A stretch of DNA of 62,146 bases, counting the filler, from Choristocarpus tenellus KU-1152 (Eukaryota; Protista; Phaeophyceae): NCBI GenBank assembly GCA_964200185.2. It is 12 parts of 12 records of this genome, joined end to end, with 100 filler letters (N's around TTAATTAATTAA, not from the genome) between each part and the next. Parts side by side here need not be neighbours in the genome. Positions count along the whole stretch, not along the records: positions 16,364 to 26,079 come from CAXNAD020003457.1; positions 26,180 to 33,992 come from CAXNAD020005551.1; positions 34,093 to 37,673 come from CAXNAD020019125.1; 9 more parts are not named here. The stretch is one strand, 5' to 3'. The position numbers and the translations under genes were made by a program. Every line of letters starts with the position of its first letter. The stretch's first letter is position 1. Positions 23,901-36,559 of the stretch are shown piece after piece. Under the pieces are notes generated by a model, which worked only from the letters and a program-made list of their open reading frames with translations, had not been told where the DNA came from and searched no databases.

Positions 23901-25183
23901 ATGCCCTTTTTCGGTTTTCTGTGTGAACAAAGTTACCTAAAACGTATATTTTATGAAAAGGTGTATCCGGAAGAAGGATATTGACACATCCTAAAAAGCA
24001 CGATAGCCAAAATTCACCAAAATTGCAACATTGGATTTATGACCCCAAATGGACGCTGCCCTACCCTCTTAAATGTTATGACTCGTTGCTATTGTTGGTG
24101 TGGATTGGCAGCTGGCTGCAAATGTTCCTGCTCACAGCGCACTGCAAAGCTTCATTGATGATGATGAGGGTCTGTGTGCTGACATTCTTTGTTTGTGTGT
24201 ACGTTTTTCTTTTTTTTTAGCACTAAATTATTGATGAAAAGGAGGGATCAATATCAGGAATAATTCAACATTTTCAAGGAGACTCTTATGATCTAGATCG
24301 AGGGCTTGCATTTCTAACTAGCAATTTGTACATCAAAGAACAACTTTACACTCTTGTCAAGGTATAATCGCCTCAATCAAGTCCTGTGCAGTAACCTGCA
24401 TGTATGGTTTAGATATCATTTGCGTCTTGCTAGGAAGTACTATTTTATTTGCACATCAGGGAAAAACCACACATGCACAGACAGAATGAAGAAATGACCT
24501 ACAACATAGGCTATGATCTGATTATGCAATATACAGATAAACATGGGCTTCCCTCGGTTTCCACTTGTGGAGGACTTGCATCAAGCTGCAGCCAATGAAA
24601 TGGACATTGCACGGGCCAAGGCTGAGACAAAACTAAAAGATCTGCTTACCCACCGTAGGAAGCTTATGGGAGTGCTTAAAAAGGCGCAGGTAAGGTCTGC
24701 GATCTCTAAGTAGCTGTGCTCAACCTGCAGACGGATTACTGTGCGCCATTAGCCCGAAAAACTCTACAACAGAAGCCACCACGGGGCGTTTCATTTGATA
24801 CTCCTGGCTGGTTTACCTTTGTAGGGGGAGGAATTTATTTTCTATTGAAGTACTTTCTTTTGCTCTGACCCCTTTGCCAATAGTGTACTTCCCATTTTTG
24901 TCCTCCAATCCTCTCTATTTCCCTTTTTCTCCTCTTTATGTGCAGGCAGAAAAATACTTGCTTGCATATATACTAAACATCAAAACGGTATACACTGAGC
25001 TCCACAATCTAGATCTATGTTTCAAACATTCCCTCATTTTCTACAAACCCACGATCCACCTTCCAGGAGGAGGGGAGGGAACCAGCCCCTATCCAAACTG
25101 CTCTTGGACCTGAGGAACGAGCCATGAAATTTGAGGCTGGTGCTTTGGGAGGTAGGAGGCGTTCTTCCTTCAGTGAACTGAAG
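20990..25183 (+). CDS. Multi-exon protein of unknown function, probable coiled-coil regions
   Basis: Exon-like segments at 20990-21342, ~22490-22820, ~23100-23382 (AARKKLYDLRTKRTSLVEEIRSENQR), ~24592-24689 (DIARAKAETKLKDLLTHRRKLMGVLKKAQ) and up to 25183, with GT donors. The model is incomplete. Confidence 0.5.
22001..22260 (+). mobile_element. MITE subfamily A
   Basis: Colinear with 18522-18827; right TIR degenerate; flanks AACA/AACC. Confidence 0.88.
23413..23481 (+). repeat. Two short interstitial (TTAGGG)n tracts
   Basis: Tracts at 23413-23431 and 23466-23481. Others (either strand) at about 2684, 26663, 27830, 28108-28126, 49929-49946, 50401-50429, 52397-52422, 61297 and 61491-61505. 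Confidence 0.9.
23827..24084 (+). mobile_element. MITE subfamily B
   Basis: TIRs GACCCAAAACATTTAAGAGGGTAGG / CCTACCCTCTTAAATGTTATGACTC; body homologous to subfamily A with a different central segment. Confidence 0.88.
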
Positions 25184-25360
25184 GTGAGGCAAGCATGATG
25201 GTCAAGCCACTTGAAGGGTGAATTGGCGGTAATCATTCAATACTGTACAGTGCTTAGCTTATTTGCAATATAATGATCTTATTTTGAGACAGAGGATTCT
25301 GTGGACAACACTTTGCTGCTCAGAAATAAGAATGGTTGCATAGGGAAGTGCTACCGGGAC

Positions 25361-25626
25361 GAGCCAAATTATCTTAGGGTTAGGGTAGAGCCGTGTCCAT
25401 TTGGGGACCTAAATCAAATGCTGCAATTTTGACGTAATGTCAGGTGGAGTGTTTGCTAGGAAGTGTCAATATCCTTGTTCCAGACACACCTTTTCATACC
25501 ATAAACATTTTACCTACTCTGAAACATTTCGGTGTATGAAAATGCAATAAAGCACCCGTGAGAAGCCAAGTCAAAAATGGACAAACAGGGCAAAACTAGT
25601 ACCCTAACCCTAAGATACTTTCACTC
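25361..25626 (-). mobile_element. MITE subfamily A (inverted), with telomeric repeats in both TIRs
   Basis: Reverse complement of the 18522-type element. TIRs read TCTTAGGGTTAGGGTAG / TACCCTAACCCTAAGATAC; flanks GAC/GAA. Confidence 0.9.
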
Positions 25627-27463
25627 GAAGCATTACGTTGTGCAGAGGATGAAACCTAATAAATGGCTGCCTGTGAAAAACATGTAGGACTTGCCATCAT
25701 GTAGAATGTAGGGATTTCTGATGTAATAGTGCACAACAGGGTAGCGATGTATGTCTATTGAGGGTTTCACAGACAGCAACCGATGTACTAGCCTCACATA
25801 TCAACCGATTTATTGTGCTTCTTCCACCCATGTCACTCAATTGAGACAAGAGTGTGCACCCAACCTTCTTTGTTCCCTTGAATTCCACACCGAGGGCAGT
25901 TGAGGCCAAACAAGCCGGTATGGCAGGGCCAATTAGAACTTCTTTGTTTCCTCACACCCAATGCAAAAATTTGTGATAATCAGAAATATGATCCAAAGTA
26001 TCTGCGGGGGGGGGGGGGGGGGGGGTGCACACCGGGTTGTCTTTTGGGGGAAAAAAAAGGAAAAGGGGATGTTTTTTTTNNNNNNNNNNNNNNNNNNNNN
26101 NNNNNNNNNNNNNNNNNNNNNNNTTAATTAATTAANNNNNNNNNNNNNNNNNNNNNNNNNNNNNNNNNNNNNNNNNNNNGAGAAAGATAATAAAAGTGTC
26201 CTTCCTCAGAAGAGGGACCAAATGAAGACGACCTGTGATCTACCCCCCCCCCCCCCCCCCCCAGATACTTTGAGTCACTTATGCGGGACGTGGTACGATA
26301 CTTGGAACTGGCAAAGAGGCTGCAGCACCCTTTGTCCACTACACACTTGGGACCAGCTACGGAAATCAGACACTCCCGTAGAGCCAGTCCAGTTCAGTTT
26401 TTTTTTTTTTTAACAGGAACATGAACGAATAAAAAGATACCAACACCACTGGTGGTGCTTGTATCACAATACAATAGAACTATCCACTTAAAGCATTGCA
26501 CAATGCCATACTTGTACAGGGTGTAGTCTCCTGCCGTACCACGCTGCCCGCCCATATATGGGGCTAGACCTAACCTCCATTTACTCAAGTATTGGGATGG
26601 CCCTAAACCCTGACCCTTTGAGCAGCCTCGAAGACCAAAGTAGCCCTTCTCTCACATTTCCAAACCCTAACCCTACTTGGGATGTGCTACTGACGTACAC
26701 TCTCACCATGCAACAGGTTCCAATTCTACTTCAGGGACTGGAGAAATTTCCTTTTACTGTTCTTACGTATTCGCATGGGCCACGGGAAGTCACATCTATT
26801 TGACAGATACATTCTAAGCAAATTCCCCAATCGGAAGATGCAGTCGTTCTAGAACTTAGTCAAAGCAACCTAGAGAGGGGGGTACCCCTTGGTATTAATT
26901 TAGGGCCCCTGTGACTTTATGACCACACTCACTATTGGAGCACTCAGTGCACACCTGTGGAGCCCATTTTTCCTGTTTAGTGATTGTATTCAGTTGGCAA
27001 AAGCTATCCTCATTCACACCCATTCCCAAACGCCTTCATCTCCTTTGGACGACTTTGAAAACTCATGAAAAGAATCAATACGTCCAACCCGCCCCCGCCC
27101 CCCACCCTCCTCTTGGTTACTTTGCCTCCCTGCATATGTGGATGGGGATAAAATGGCAATGGAGACCATTTCACCTGTTTCAAGGCACCACTGCACTGTA
27201 CCCTACAGATCTTGCGCTGTACAAATATGACCTGAAAAGGTGTACCTTCCACTGCTAAAACAAGTAAGCAAGGGCTGCAATTTCTCCAACGCAAGCAGCA
27301 GCAATTACATGCCATGAATGTCTTCAAAGCAGTTCAGACTAAACTAGAAAACGCCATCCAACCACCCCCCCCCCTTCCTTCCCCCCTTCCCCCTCCCCTC
27401 TCCCCTCGAAACAGAAAAATTGTGACTGCCCTGTCCTAATACATCAAAAGGTGCACACTTACC

Positions 27464-30400
27464 CTGCGCCACATAAAAAAGCCTCTGCAGCACCAACTGA
27501 CGCTTCTCCAATGGAGCAGTGGCTCGGATGATATGCAAACGATCATGCCTCGTAAGGTGAGGGACATCCTTCATCGGCAACATCTCGTGTCCATCCCTAT
27601 CAGCAGTTGCATCTCCCAATTCTTCACCGCCATCCCCTTCCTCTCCCTGTTGTGTCACCACTACAGACTCCTTACTTGCAGAGGAGGCCTCGAGCACACC
27701 AACTCCGCCCGCAGGAGAGGCGGCAGGGTCATCAGCATTGCTGGATTCTGTTGCACTAGATGCACTTGTGTCCTTCTGGACTCTTCTCAGTCCAGCCGTA
27801 TTCACCTGCATATTGTGTTAACAGATGATGGGTTAGGGTTCTCACATCAGACCGGGGAAAAAACGCCTCCTTGCGGAAACCTGTCAAGCTTTTTTTACCG
27901 TCATCTTGCATGCCACTTTTTGGGAGAGCTCAGAGTCAAGTCGATCACAAATTTTGATGGTTCTGAAAAGCGATATTATATTGTATTGTATGCCATTGTA
28001 CACAATAAAGCGTGGCGCGAGTATGGCCAGAATGAACTCGCTGATGAGAAATAGAAACAGAAATTTGCAGAGGGATAAAAAGCCTTGCAAGGTGATGCAG
28101 GTATCAAACCCTAACCCTAACCCTAAGCCGTCCTGCTGTACACACACTGTGTACATACTTAAGAGGTACTCAATGCCTGCCTATGCATGCAGTACCAAGA
28201 CATACTGTACTGCCGTGCCTTGAGGATGATCGCTTGGCCGAAGTAACAAAGAAATGCTTCTGCAAGGGTGTCCCAAAACTCCAGCTCCAAGGCAGGAGCG
28301 GCATCTTTGGGGGTAAAGCAGGGACGGTTTCAGTCTCATGGACTTCATAAAGGACATGATACATGTTGGAGACCTACACTGAGGCAGGCCTCCTCTACCT
28401 CTGCAGACTAGTGCAGTCTTTCGGAGTCTCTACCGTAGTGCATTTTACTACTTGTTTACTGAAACATAAGTACACTTGTGACTAGATTTGTGGATAGTAA
28501 TGACTGCGAAGGAAGCGTATCTAGTCTTAGAAGGAGGATTCTCTCTTTGAAATAATAGACAACCCTTTTCCAAGGTCATCTGTCAATGTGGAGCTTAGCG
28601 TGCCAAACCTGACTACCACGGTCATTTTCTCCTCACACTATTGCTAGAAGGAGCATGACCACGTCAACCCTGTTGAGACCAAGACATCTTGTTGCAATGC
28701 CTTTGAAACTGAAACGAATTACAGGACAGTGTCTACAAAAAGTGAGCTATTGGTATGCACCTGTCTCCAGCTCATTGATCGCTCCTTCCAAGGTCTGAAA
28801 AGGGCTCCAAACTTCAGCCAGAATCTGTGGTCGATTGTAAGAGGTGGGAATGGAGGAAGTCGGCAGTGATACCTACAGTCGCTAAAAAGCGAGGAAGATG
28901 AAGGGGGCAAAGGTGAACACAAAAATCGATCGCCACATTACAAAACTTGATCTTCATCGCACAGTGAGTTGGATTCGCCTCTCTATCAAAGAAGACCAAA
29001 CATATGGATCTAGAACACGCATTCCTCGTACCTCTCGCATGCCTTCCACCTTTGCCCGCTCGTCAGTCGACAGGGTGGACCGCTTGACACGTAGAGATGC
29101 CTGGCGATATCGACAAAGGGAGAGAAGATCGATTACTGAGCACTCCTCCACGGAAAGATGTGTTTAAGGAAAAACACGGTGACTGAAGAACATCCTCGTG
29201 CAATAGAGTATTCCTTGGTGTAGACTTCCGCTACAGCAACACAAATTTTCATATGATCAAGCACAACAGGTTGCGTTCCTACCTCTATGGATTCACCAGG
29301 AGGAAGGATCGCAGCTTCTCTCCCGGAGTCATTCACCTGCAGTACAGGTGATGACGGGGGTAGAGGGCAATATCATACGAGAAAAGAGCAAATCGAAAAT
29401 CCAACCATCAGGTTATGTCTATCGTGGCAATGAATTGATAAGCCTCAATTTCAAATCAAGGATGCTGCTGATATCCAAGGGTTATCTCCGGGGATTGAAG
29501 GACCACAAGGCTGAGCCTAACTCCACATGTTGAACAAGGTCACAACACTAGGCAGACACAGACAATGAGACCCTACTCCCTGCATTGAAGCACACCCCCA
29601 GCTTCCTACATCAGATGCCCATTCATACCTTATCTTTGGTCTTCTTCTTGGTCTTCTTTCCCCCCATCTCCTTGTTTGTCTTGAGCACGAAGGATTCAAC
29701 AGTTCTTAGTACAAGGCGTACTACTATACAACTACATAATATAATACTCACACACCATCACACAAAATCATTGTATCCATCATGTACGTTTGGGGTTAGG
29801 GCTATTCTTTGGAGAGGAGGGTAATCAAAGTTAAGGTTGTGTTTGTGATAACTGAAACCTTATTTAGAGGGTCTCGCTTACCTGGGGTGCCCAACAAGAG
29901 TTCGCTAAAATCTTGTGCCAATCGTAAGTGTCCCGAGCAGTTGCAAGGATAGGAAAACGGTAGGTTGGGGGCAAGGAACTGAACTTGCCGAAAGCAACAA
30001 CTTTACGTGGGCAAAGAAAGGTGTTTCTGGCACAGCCTCTTCAAGCGTGAAGGAATCCTGGAATCCATCAAGCTTGGGACTGGTTAAAGCAGGGTTATGA
30101 CGATGGTGGGCAGTGCAGAGGGGAGATGCATGTTCTCACTCTGTCGGTGCACCCTTTCTAGACTATTCAGTCTTGCGTAGCCAACATCAGTAGTAGGGTA
30201 GAGATACCAATATTTCCAGGTTGTGGTTATATATTGCAGCGTGCTACATGGATGAAATCCGTATGTTTCTTTTCTTCTCCTTGACTGAATTCGAACCGAA
30301 ATTCTCTCCACGATAGCCTGTTCTTGCCATCTAGCTGGTTTGTGTATCAACAACCCAATCTTCTTGTTGTTTTTTCCTTAGAATGACTATGATGATGATA

Positions 30401-32059
30401 ACGACAATGATGCTTCAGCAATCTACCTTCAGGCGTATGCGTGCCGCATATTTCGGGACAGCGATGCAGCACATGGGGTTGAACAGGGTGACCACCTTCG
30501 ACCTTTATCGGTTTCACAGGTAAGAGTGTAAGCCATCTTGCAGGGGTCAGATAAATCTGGCCTTGGAAACTGTGTGAATCATATCGCTCACGTGTATTGT
30601 GAATATTAGGGGTAGGGGAAGTGGTACAGAATTGTGGCAAAAGCACTGGTGTGCTATCTGGTGTACTGAACTATCGTCTGCCAATTGAACCTACAACTAA
30701 GGGAAAAGTCCACAACTGCTGACTCGCGTGCAGCAATGGTGGGACTAGGAAAAACGAAGTTGCGAAGGTAGTTCTTTGAAGTAAAAGTTACGTTCCACAT
30801 GCTTGCGCAAACAGACGCACTCGTAACAGGTAGATCTGCTTCCCGCTTCATCATAACGTTGTGTGCTAAGTCGTCACAAACTGGTTCTCTTCCCTCAGAA
30901 TAACCCCAAATATGGCAGCTACTACCTTGTTTCGTTGCCTTTGATACTCTGCCTTGCCCACAACCTTGTATCTCAGCTTCTTCCTGTTTGACTGCTGTGA
31001 TTGATGTGTTTGATTGTCTGGCAGGATCCAGAGGAAGCTCCCTTAATGCTAGATAGATTTGACGTGAGGTGGATGGTGGACCCCGTAGAATTGACTGCAC
31101 TTTCCCGCAGGGTTTCCTCAGAAGTCATTGTGTCAGACCCCAAGGTGTGTTTGGGACCATCGCAAATGTGTTAGAAGCATTCCAATTGAAGTGCACTCCT
31201 GTCTTGCAGATGTTGAAGACTAGTAGTGATTGGTGCACTTTACTTCATTTGATATCTGAAAATGAATTACAGAATGATAGAAAGAGGTTTAGACGTCGGA
31301 AACAATGTGTTCCTACTGTTTTGCTGGGTGTAGGCCTGTTTGGTCTGAGGGATTTGTCCACTACACTTATTGAGTATGATTCGTGAGTAGTAGGCACCAG
31401 TGGTGACTGTGAGGGGAATTTAGGTTTGTCTCCAAGACAATTTCTGATAGCGGGTGTGATCCAGTCAAATCCCAGTGCCATGGAATGCCATGCAATAGGC
31501 TGTGGGGATTCATCCAGCCAGGCTGAACTATGAGGAAGTGGGTTGGTGTGCCTTAGAAGTGCATCATGTTTGGTCAAGGATCAAGCATCTGCTTCATACC
31601 ACATCACTTCTAGGACCCCGTCGATGTGTCACAGTCATGCATGGAAGCATATTTTGATTCCTAATAGGGCTATGTTTGAAGTAAGCACTCATACTTTTCA
31701 CACGATTTAGATTGTCCTTCGATAATGTTTCCCCCTCATACTTTTACAGCAGACACTGAAGGAGTGCAGCAATCCCTCCCCCGTTGCCCCCTCCCCCCTC
31801 CCACTGCCCCTGCTACCCTGCCTGCCCCCATGATCCTCCGTTTCATTTAAAAAAAAATAGAGACTTTACACTTTTTGGTGTCTCAGTTTTTTTTTCTCAT
31901 TTCTAATCCACTCCCGTGATTGGTCCGTTGAAAACTTACTTACCTCCGTAAGGAGCATGACATATTTGGAGCCCTCCAAGAACTTCGCTATGCTGATCTT
32001 CCCCATGGAGATCATTCCCTGGAGGTGGAGGGACTGGGGCAGTTTGCTCCGGAGGGAAG
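27464..32059 (-). CDS. Partial multi-exon gene of unknown function
   Basis: Phase-compatible chain: ASLRSKLPQSLHLQGMISMGKISIAKFLEGSKYVMLLTE | DSFTLEEAVPETPFFAH | RTLVGHPR | TVESFVLKTNKEMGGKKTKKKTKDK | VNDSG..SIE | ECSVIDLL..DPY | VSLPTSS..ELET | DAAPALELEFWDTLAEAFLCYFGQAIILK | VNTAGLRR..RLFYVAQ. Further exons are likely on both sides. No family recognised. Confidence 0.6.
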
Positions 32060-32099
32060 CTATGCCCATGTTAAGGGTATAGGGGGTTTGGGCGGGGAC

Positions 32100-32420
32100 G
32101 AGGTGAGGGTATACCCTAATTTGTGTCTACGATTTGCAGAGTATACTTGAAGTTTCAAGAACCCCAAAAGTGGAAGTACGATAGATTTCGCTAAGTAGTG
32201 GTGTTGACTCGGTAGGGTAAACATTTGTTGTACTGAGAGGGCGCTGTTGTGGTAGAAGTATGTGTGTGATGTTGTCTGAGTAGAAGGCGAAGTATTCTTG
32301 TCATCACCTGTGAAGGAGTGGGGGTTGTACGTCTTAGCTTCTGGCCTGTGTAATGGATAAGATCCATACGTAAATCTGTTGGGAATTGATAAGAGTGGAT
32401 CTCCTTGCAATAGCAACTGG
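32100..32420 (-). mobile_element. Decayed non-LTR reverse transcriptase fragment
   Basis: QGDPL motif followed at RT-like spacing by HSFTGDD (F/Y-x-DD-like); frameshifted. Confidence 0.45.
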
Positions 32421-32434
32421 CTATGCTGTAATTG

Positions 32435-32729
32435 AAAGGTGAAAGATGGTACTACTTAGTAGCCGAGAGGAGTCTTCCTCTCAGTCTTATACTAAAGGTG
32501 AAAGATGGTACTACTTAGTAGCCGAGAGGAGTCTTCTTCTCAGTCTTATACTAAAGGTGAAAGATGGTACTACTTAGTAGTCGAGAGGAGTCTTCCTCTC
32601 AGTCTTATACTAAAGGTGAAAGATGGTACTACTTAGTAGCCGAGAGGAGTCTTCTTCTCAGTCTTATACTAAAGGTGAAAGATTGTACTACTTAGTAGTC
32701 GAGAGGAGTCTTCTTCTCAGTCTTATACT
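32435..32729. repeat. 59-bp tandem repeat, 5 near-identical copies, two hairpins per unit
   Basis: Unit AAAGGTGAAAGATGGTACTACTTAGTAGCCGAGAGGAGTCTTCCTCTCAGTCTTATACT starts at 32435, 32494, 32553, 32612 and 32671; only three variable positions. Confidence 0.97.
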
Positions 32730-33424
32730 ATGCATGCCCTATCTATGGTTTGGTTGAGTTCCGAATCAGCCTGGTATGTGAAACTATCATGTGATAGCGC
32801 CATCTAAAACCTTAGCCCTAATTTTAAGGTGCTTAACCCTGCAAGTGTTTTTGCAGTGTGTTTTGTGTACACTAACAAATCGTGGGCTCTCCCTTGCCTA
32901 CCCCACGACCTCTTTTTTCAGCTCTGTCTGTGTTGATGTTATTGATCGGCGCCTGTACAGAAGTCGTTGTCTTGGCTGCGAGTGGTTAGGGATCTCCTGT
33001 TCTTAGCCTCCTCCTTTGCCGTTACAGGCTCCCGCTCCTTGAATATATGTTAAGGCGTGTTTTGAAAAGTGTGGGAGGTTGCCGTGCACGAGGAAGGGTA
33101 CATGTAGGTTTCTGCTTTTGAGGGAGTCCTTTCGAAGGCGCAGTGGTATGTTTTTAATATGTTTTTAAGGGGCTGCGATCAACCCTGCAGTAGGAGAGGG
33201 AGAGGGAGTTGAGAACGATGCTAACGGTCCATGAAAACCATTAGCCTGACTCTTGATTTGATTCGGCGGAAGTAACCCTTCACTTGTTGTGGATGACAGG
33301 TATCCCTCCCTCCACCCTTGGTGTTTGAACTATTGTACTCTCTTCCGAGTTTAGGAATCTCCGGTGGAAGACTATGGTTACTACGGCCCGTGTAGAGTTG
33401 AAAGTGGGAATTCACGATCTCCAG

Positions 33425-33729
33425 AGTCGAAGAAGGCAGAGTTTTCGCACGTGTATATCAACAGCACCGCCGCCGCCGCCGCCCTGGACAACAAAGAGGG
33501 GGGACAAGAACGTCCTTCTGGGACAAGGCAGGTCTCAGGAGAGTTGGAAGGCGATGGCGAGGTGGTGACCGGAGCGATGGGAGAGGACCCAGGAGATGAA
33601 GAGGAACCGCAAAAGGGCCACGAGTTTGTGGCAGACTTTGTTGTCCCTGAAGGGGTAGTTGTCCCGAGATTTAACAAGCAACACGCCATGATGGTGGGAA
33701 CTGCAAGGACCACTGTTCGTTCGCCGCAG
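33425..33729 (+). CDS. Exon of a SURP/SWAP-motif splicing-factor-like gene (partial)
   Basis: EFVADFVVPEGVVVPRFNKQHAMMVGTARTTVRSPQ, followed by a GT donor, resembles the entry into the first SURP module of SFSWAP-like proteins (P...K.HAII..TA). Confidence 0.5.
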
Positions 33730-34092
33730 GTGTGGTTTTGTAGTGGGCAGAAGGCGTTCAGTGGTTTTGTATCGGTGATGGTGTCTGGTTTTGTTACTCC
33801 CTTGGAGGCGGCGACGTACCCGATTCGATTGTGGAACAATGGATCAACCGCCTTTCCTTTTTTATTTGTTCTTGTTTATAGATTGGAGTTTTTTTTTTAG
33901 TAATTTTTATCTTTTTCTCCTCCCTTTTCTCCCTTCCTCCTTCACCCCTCCCCCTCCCCCTCCCTCCCTCCCCCCCCCCCACCCCCTTCCCCNNNNNNNN
34001 NNNNNNNNNNNNNNNNNNNNNNNNNNNNNNNNNNNNTTAATTAATTAANNNNNNNNNNNNNNNNNNNNNNNNNNNNNNNNNNNNNNNNNNNN

Positions 34093-34640
34093 TGAGGTAT
34101 TCTGAAGGTACAGGCCTCCTATGAGACTTAAATGTCTTGTACACCCTGTCCAATTTGGTGCACTCCATGCCTTTCTCGTTGGAATATATCAGGTGGTAAG
34201 CAATACCCATCCTGAAGAACCTGTCCTCAATTACTGTGGACACTCCCCCTTCCTCCTTAAGCCTGACAGGAATGTTGGCTCTCATTCCAGGCAACGTAGT
34301 CACAGTGGCCTCGTACATAGTGCTTCGCCCGCCCCCAGACCATCTCTATCGGGTTCAATTCACAATGGTTCTTTAGAAGCATCAAGCAGTGTCCTCCAAG
34401 AAGCTCAACCAGCTTCGTTGGTTTGAGTGTCCAGCTACAGCATTCCACGACCTCCCCCTTCTCGCCTTGTGGACGAACGGAAATCCTCAGCCGATATCCC
34501 TTCCCCCTGGCCTCCCAGCGGCATCGGACGAACTCAAAACCATCAGGGAGTGACTGCACCACAACATCAAAGTCGTCAGGTGACAACTCGGAGCTCATTG
34601 GGCGTCACAGTGTCCTATGGGTGCCTTAAGCAGTCTCAAG
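34093..34640 (-). mobile_element. IS630/Tc1-like DDE transposase C-terminal remnant
   Basis: HCELNPIEMVWGRAKHYVRGHCDY, then after a frameshift RANIP..RFFR..AY..KTFKSHRR. Confidence 0.75.
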
Positions 34641-34658
34641 CCGAGGCCTGCCCACGTA

Positions 34659-35000
34659 CTGTTTTCGCGGTTACCAATCTTAATTTTTTTGAAAAGGTTG
34701 CCCAACGAGTTGATCGACGATCAGCATATCGAATGAAAGCTCTGGATCTAAGCTATCGATTTCCGCAAAGAACTTCTTCGGTATAAATATTTTTGGTCGT
34801 GAAAATTTATTCCGAAGCATTTTCAAGGTTGTACCGAAAATATTCGATTAAAATTTAACATTACCAAAGTAATTTTGTTAAAGAATTTCTTTGAGAAAAT
34901 CGATAGCTTAGATCAAGAGCTTGCATTCGATATGCTGATCGTCGATTAACTCGTTCAGCAACCTTAAAAAAAAAAACGAGATAGAGGCGACTGCCAACAC
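34659..35000. mobile_element. Foldback MITE with ~120-bp inverted arms, TA-flanked
   Basis: 34683-34778 is the near reverse complement of 34882-34977 (..TCGACGATCAGCATATCGAATGAAAGCTCTGGATCTAAGCTATCGATTT..); TA at 34657 and 35001. Confidence 0.8.
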
Positions 35001-36559
35001 TATAGAGTGAAAAGAAGAAAAAATAATCTCCACGAACACACATCATATTCGTCTATACACAATTGTAATAATAATAATATCTCGACAAAAACATCTGATT
35101 TGTCTACATACAATAGAAATAAAAATAATTGATCTCTTGACAAACACTTGATTCATCTGCTGCTATACTACGGATATTGGGCTCCTTGAACCGTACGGTT
35201 TCAGTATCCTATTTGAGATCTAGGTAACAGGATATAATAGAACATTCTTTGTTCTTCACTTAAAACCTCAAATCCTGTTCCGAATGGTGTTTTATTAAAA
35301 CATTGGTTATTGTTACTGGAAAAAATGGATGCAGTGTTGAAATTCCATTATGTAAGCTATAGAGACAAGGACAAAATGTCATGCATCATCAATACTTCCC
35401 TCCTCCAATGAGCATCCTTCTTGACGTTGGGGGAGGGAAAGGGGCAAATAAATGATCAAACACTGTTGATCCTGCCTACAGAAAATACCACTATTGTTAC
35501 TCTCAACAGTTCTGATAAATTGTCAAAATGTTCTCATCGGATCTCATAATCTCATGAGATTCACCAACTATGTGTGTACTTGTAGAGGGGCATCAAAACA
35601 AGTGGAAATTACCAAGTAATCTGCACCTTCACTTCACTTGCTCATCTAATAAACTTAAATAGTATTTTCTATCAAAATATTTCACCTCCAACGGATAAAC
35701 GAAAGCGAGCGATATGTTGAAAAAAAAAGAACGTACACACACTAACACAAGGAAGAACAGGACCCCACTACCAGGGGCATGGACACGCAATAAGTTGGGT
35801 ACGTGGGTCAGGAGAGTATGTAACCAGCATCATTTTCAATGATGATACATCCTATCTATGAGGAGGTGCGCAAAATGAAAAAGGCTAATGACTTCAATGT
35901 GACAGTGCCCCAAGTTGGAGGTTGCACTGTTGTTCTCTTCTCCTCTCCTGTAACAGAAACTGGGCTCACAAGGCCATACTCTTATGTGACCTCGTAGTTA
36001 CCTCATCAACAGGGCTCTAAAAATAAAAAACAAGGATAACCTCTCTATAAACCTTTGCAAACACCCCTGCCCCTGCCTTACAATGTATTTTTTTGCGCCT
36101 GGCCGACTGGCTAGTAGTATGATGTAACAAACTAGGCTTGGGTGACGACAACCATACCACCATCACAGCCCTGCCCAGCATTCATCCCTCACCGTGCTTT
36201 TGTACATAAAAAAGTGTGCAGTTGTTAATAAGCTACCTCTCTAATGTAATGTGTCTCTTGATATTTACATAATACGTAGGATTAGAAATACTAACGGCAC
36301 AATCAATCAGTGAGAGCAAGAGCACACTCTCTTGTCTACTCCGTGCCGACAATTTCACCAACAAAACCCCCACTGAGCTCCAACAGGCTACTCCCCCCCG
36401 CCCCCAACCCCCTCTCACCCTCTATCCCCCCCCCCCCCCCCCCCCCCCTCCCCCCCCCCCCCCCCCCNNNNNNNNNNACTGAGCTCCAACAGGCTACTCC
36501 CCCGCCCCCCACCCCCAATATTGCTGTTACCCCCTCCACCACCCCGTTCATTTGCCCAA

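Noticed and set aside
32435-32729. CRISPR array or hammerhead ribozyme reading of the 59-bp array
   Set aside because: No unique spacers and no cas genes; the CUGANGA/GAAA core is not properly present on either strand.
36373-36520. Direct repeat ACTGAGCTCCAACAGGCTACTCCCCC on both sides of a 10-N gap
   Set aside because: Probably an unmerged scaffold overlap at a poly-C tract rather than a true duplication.
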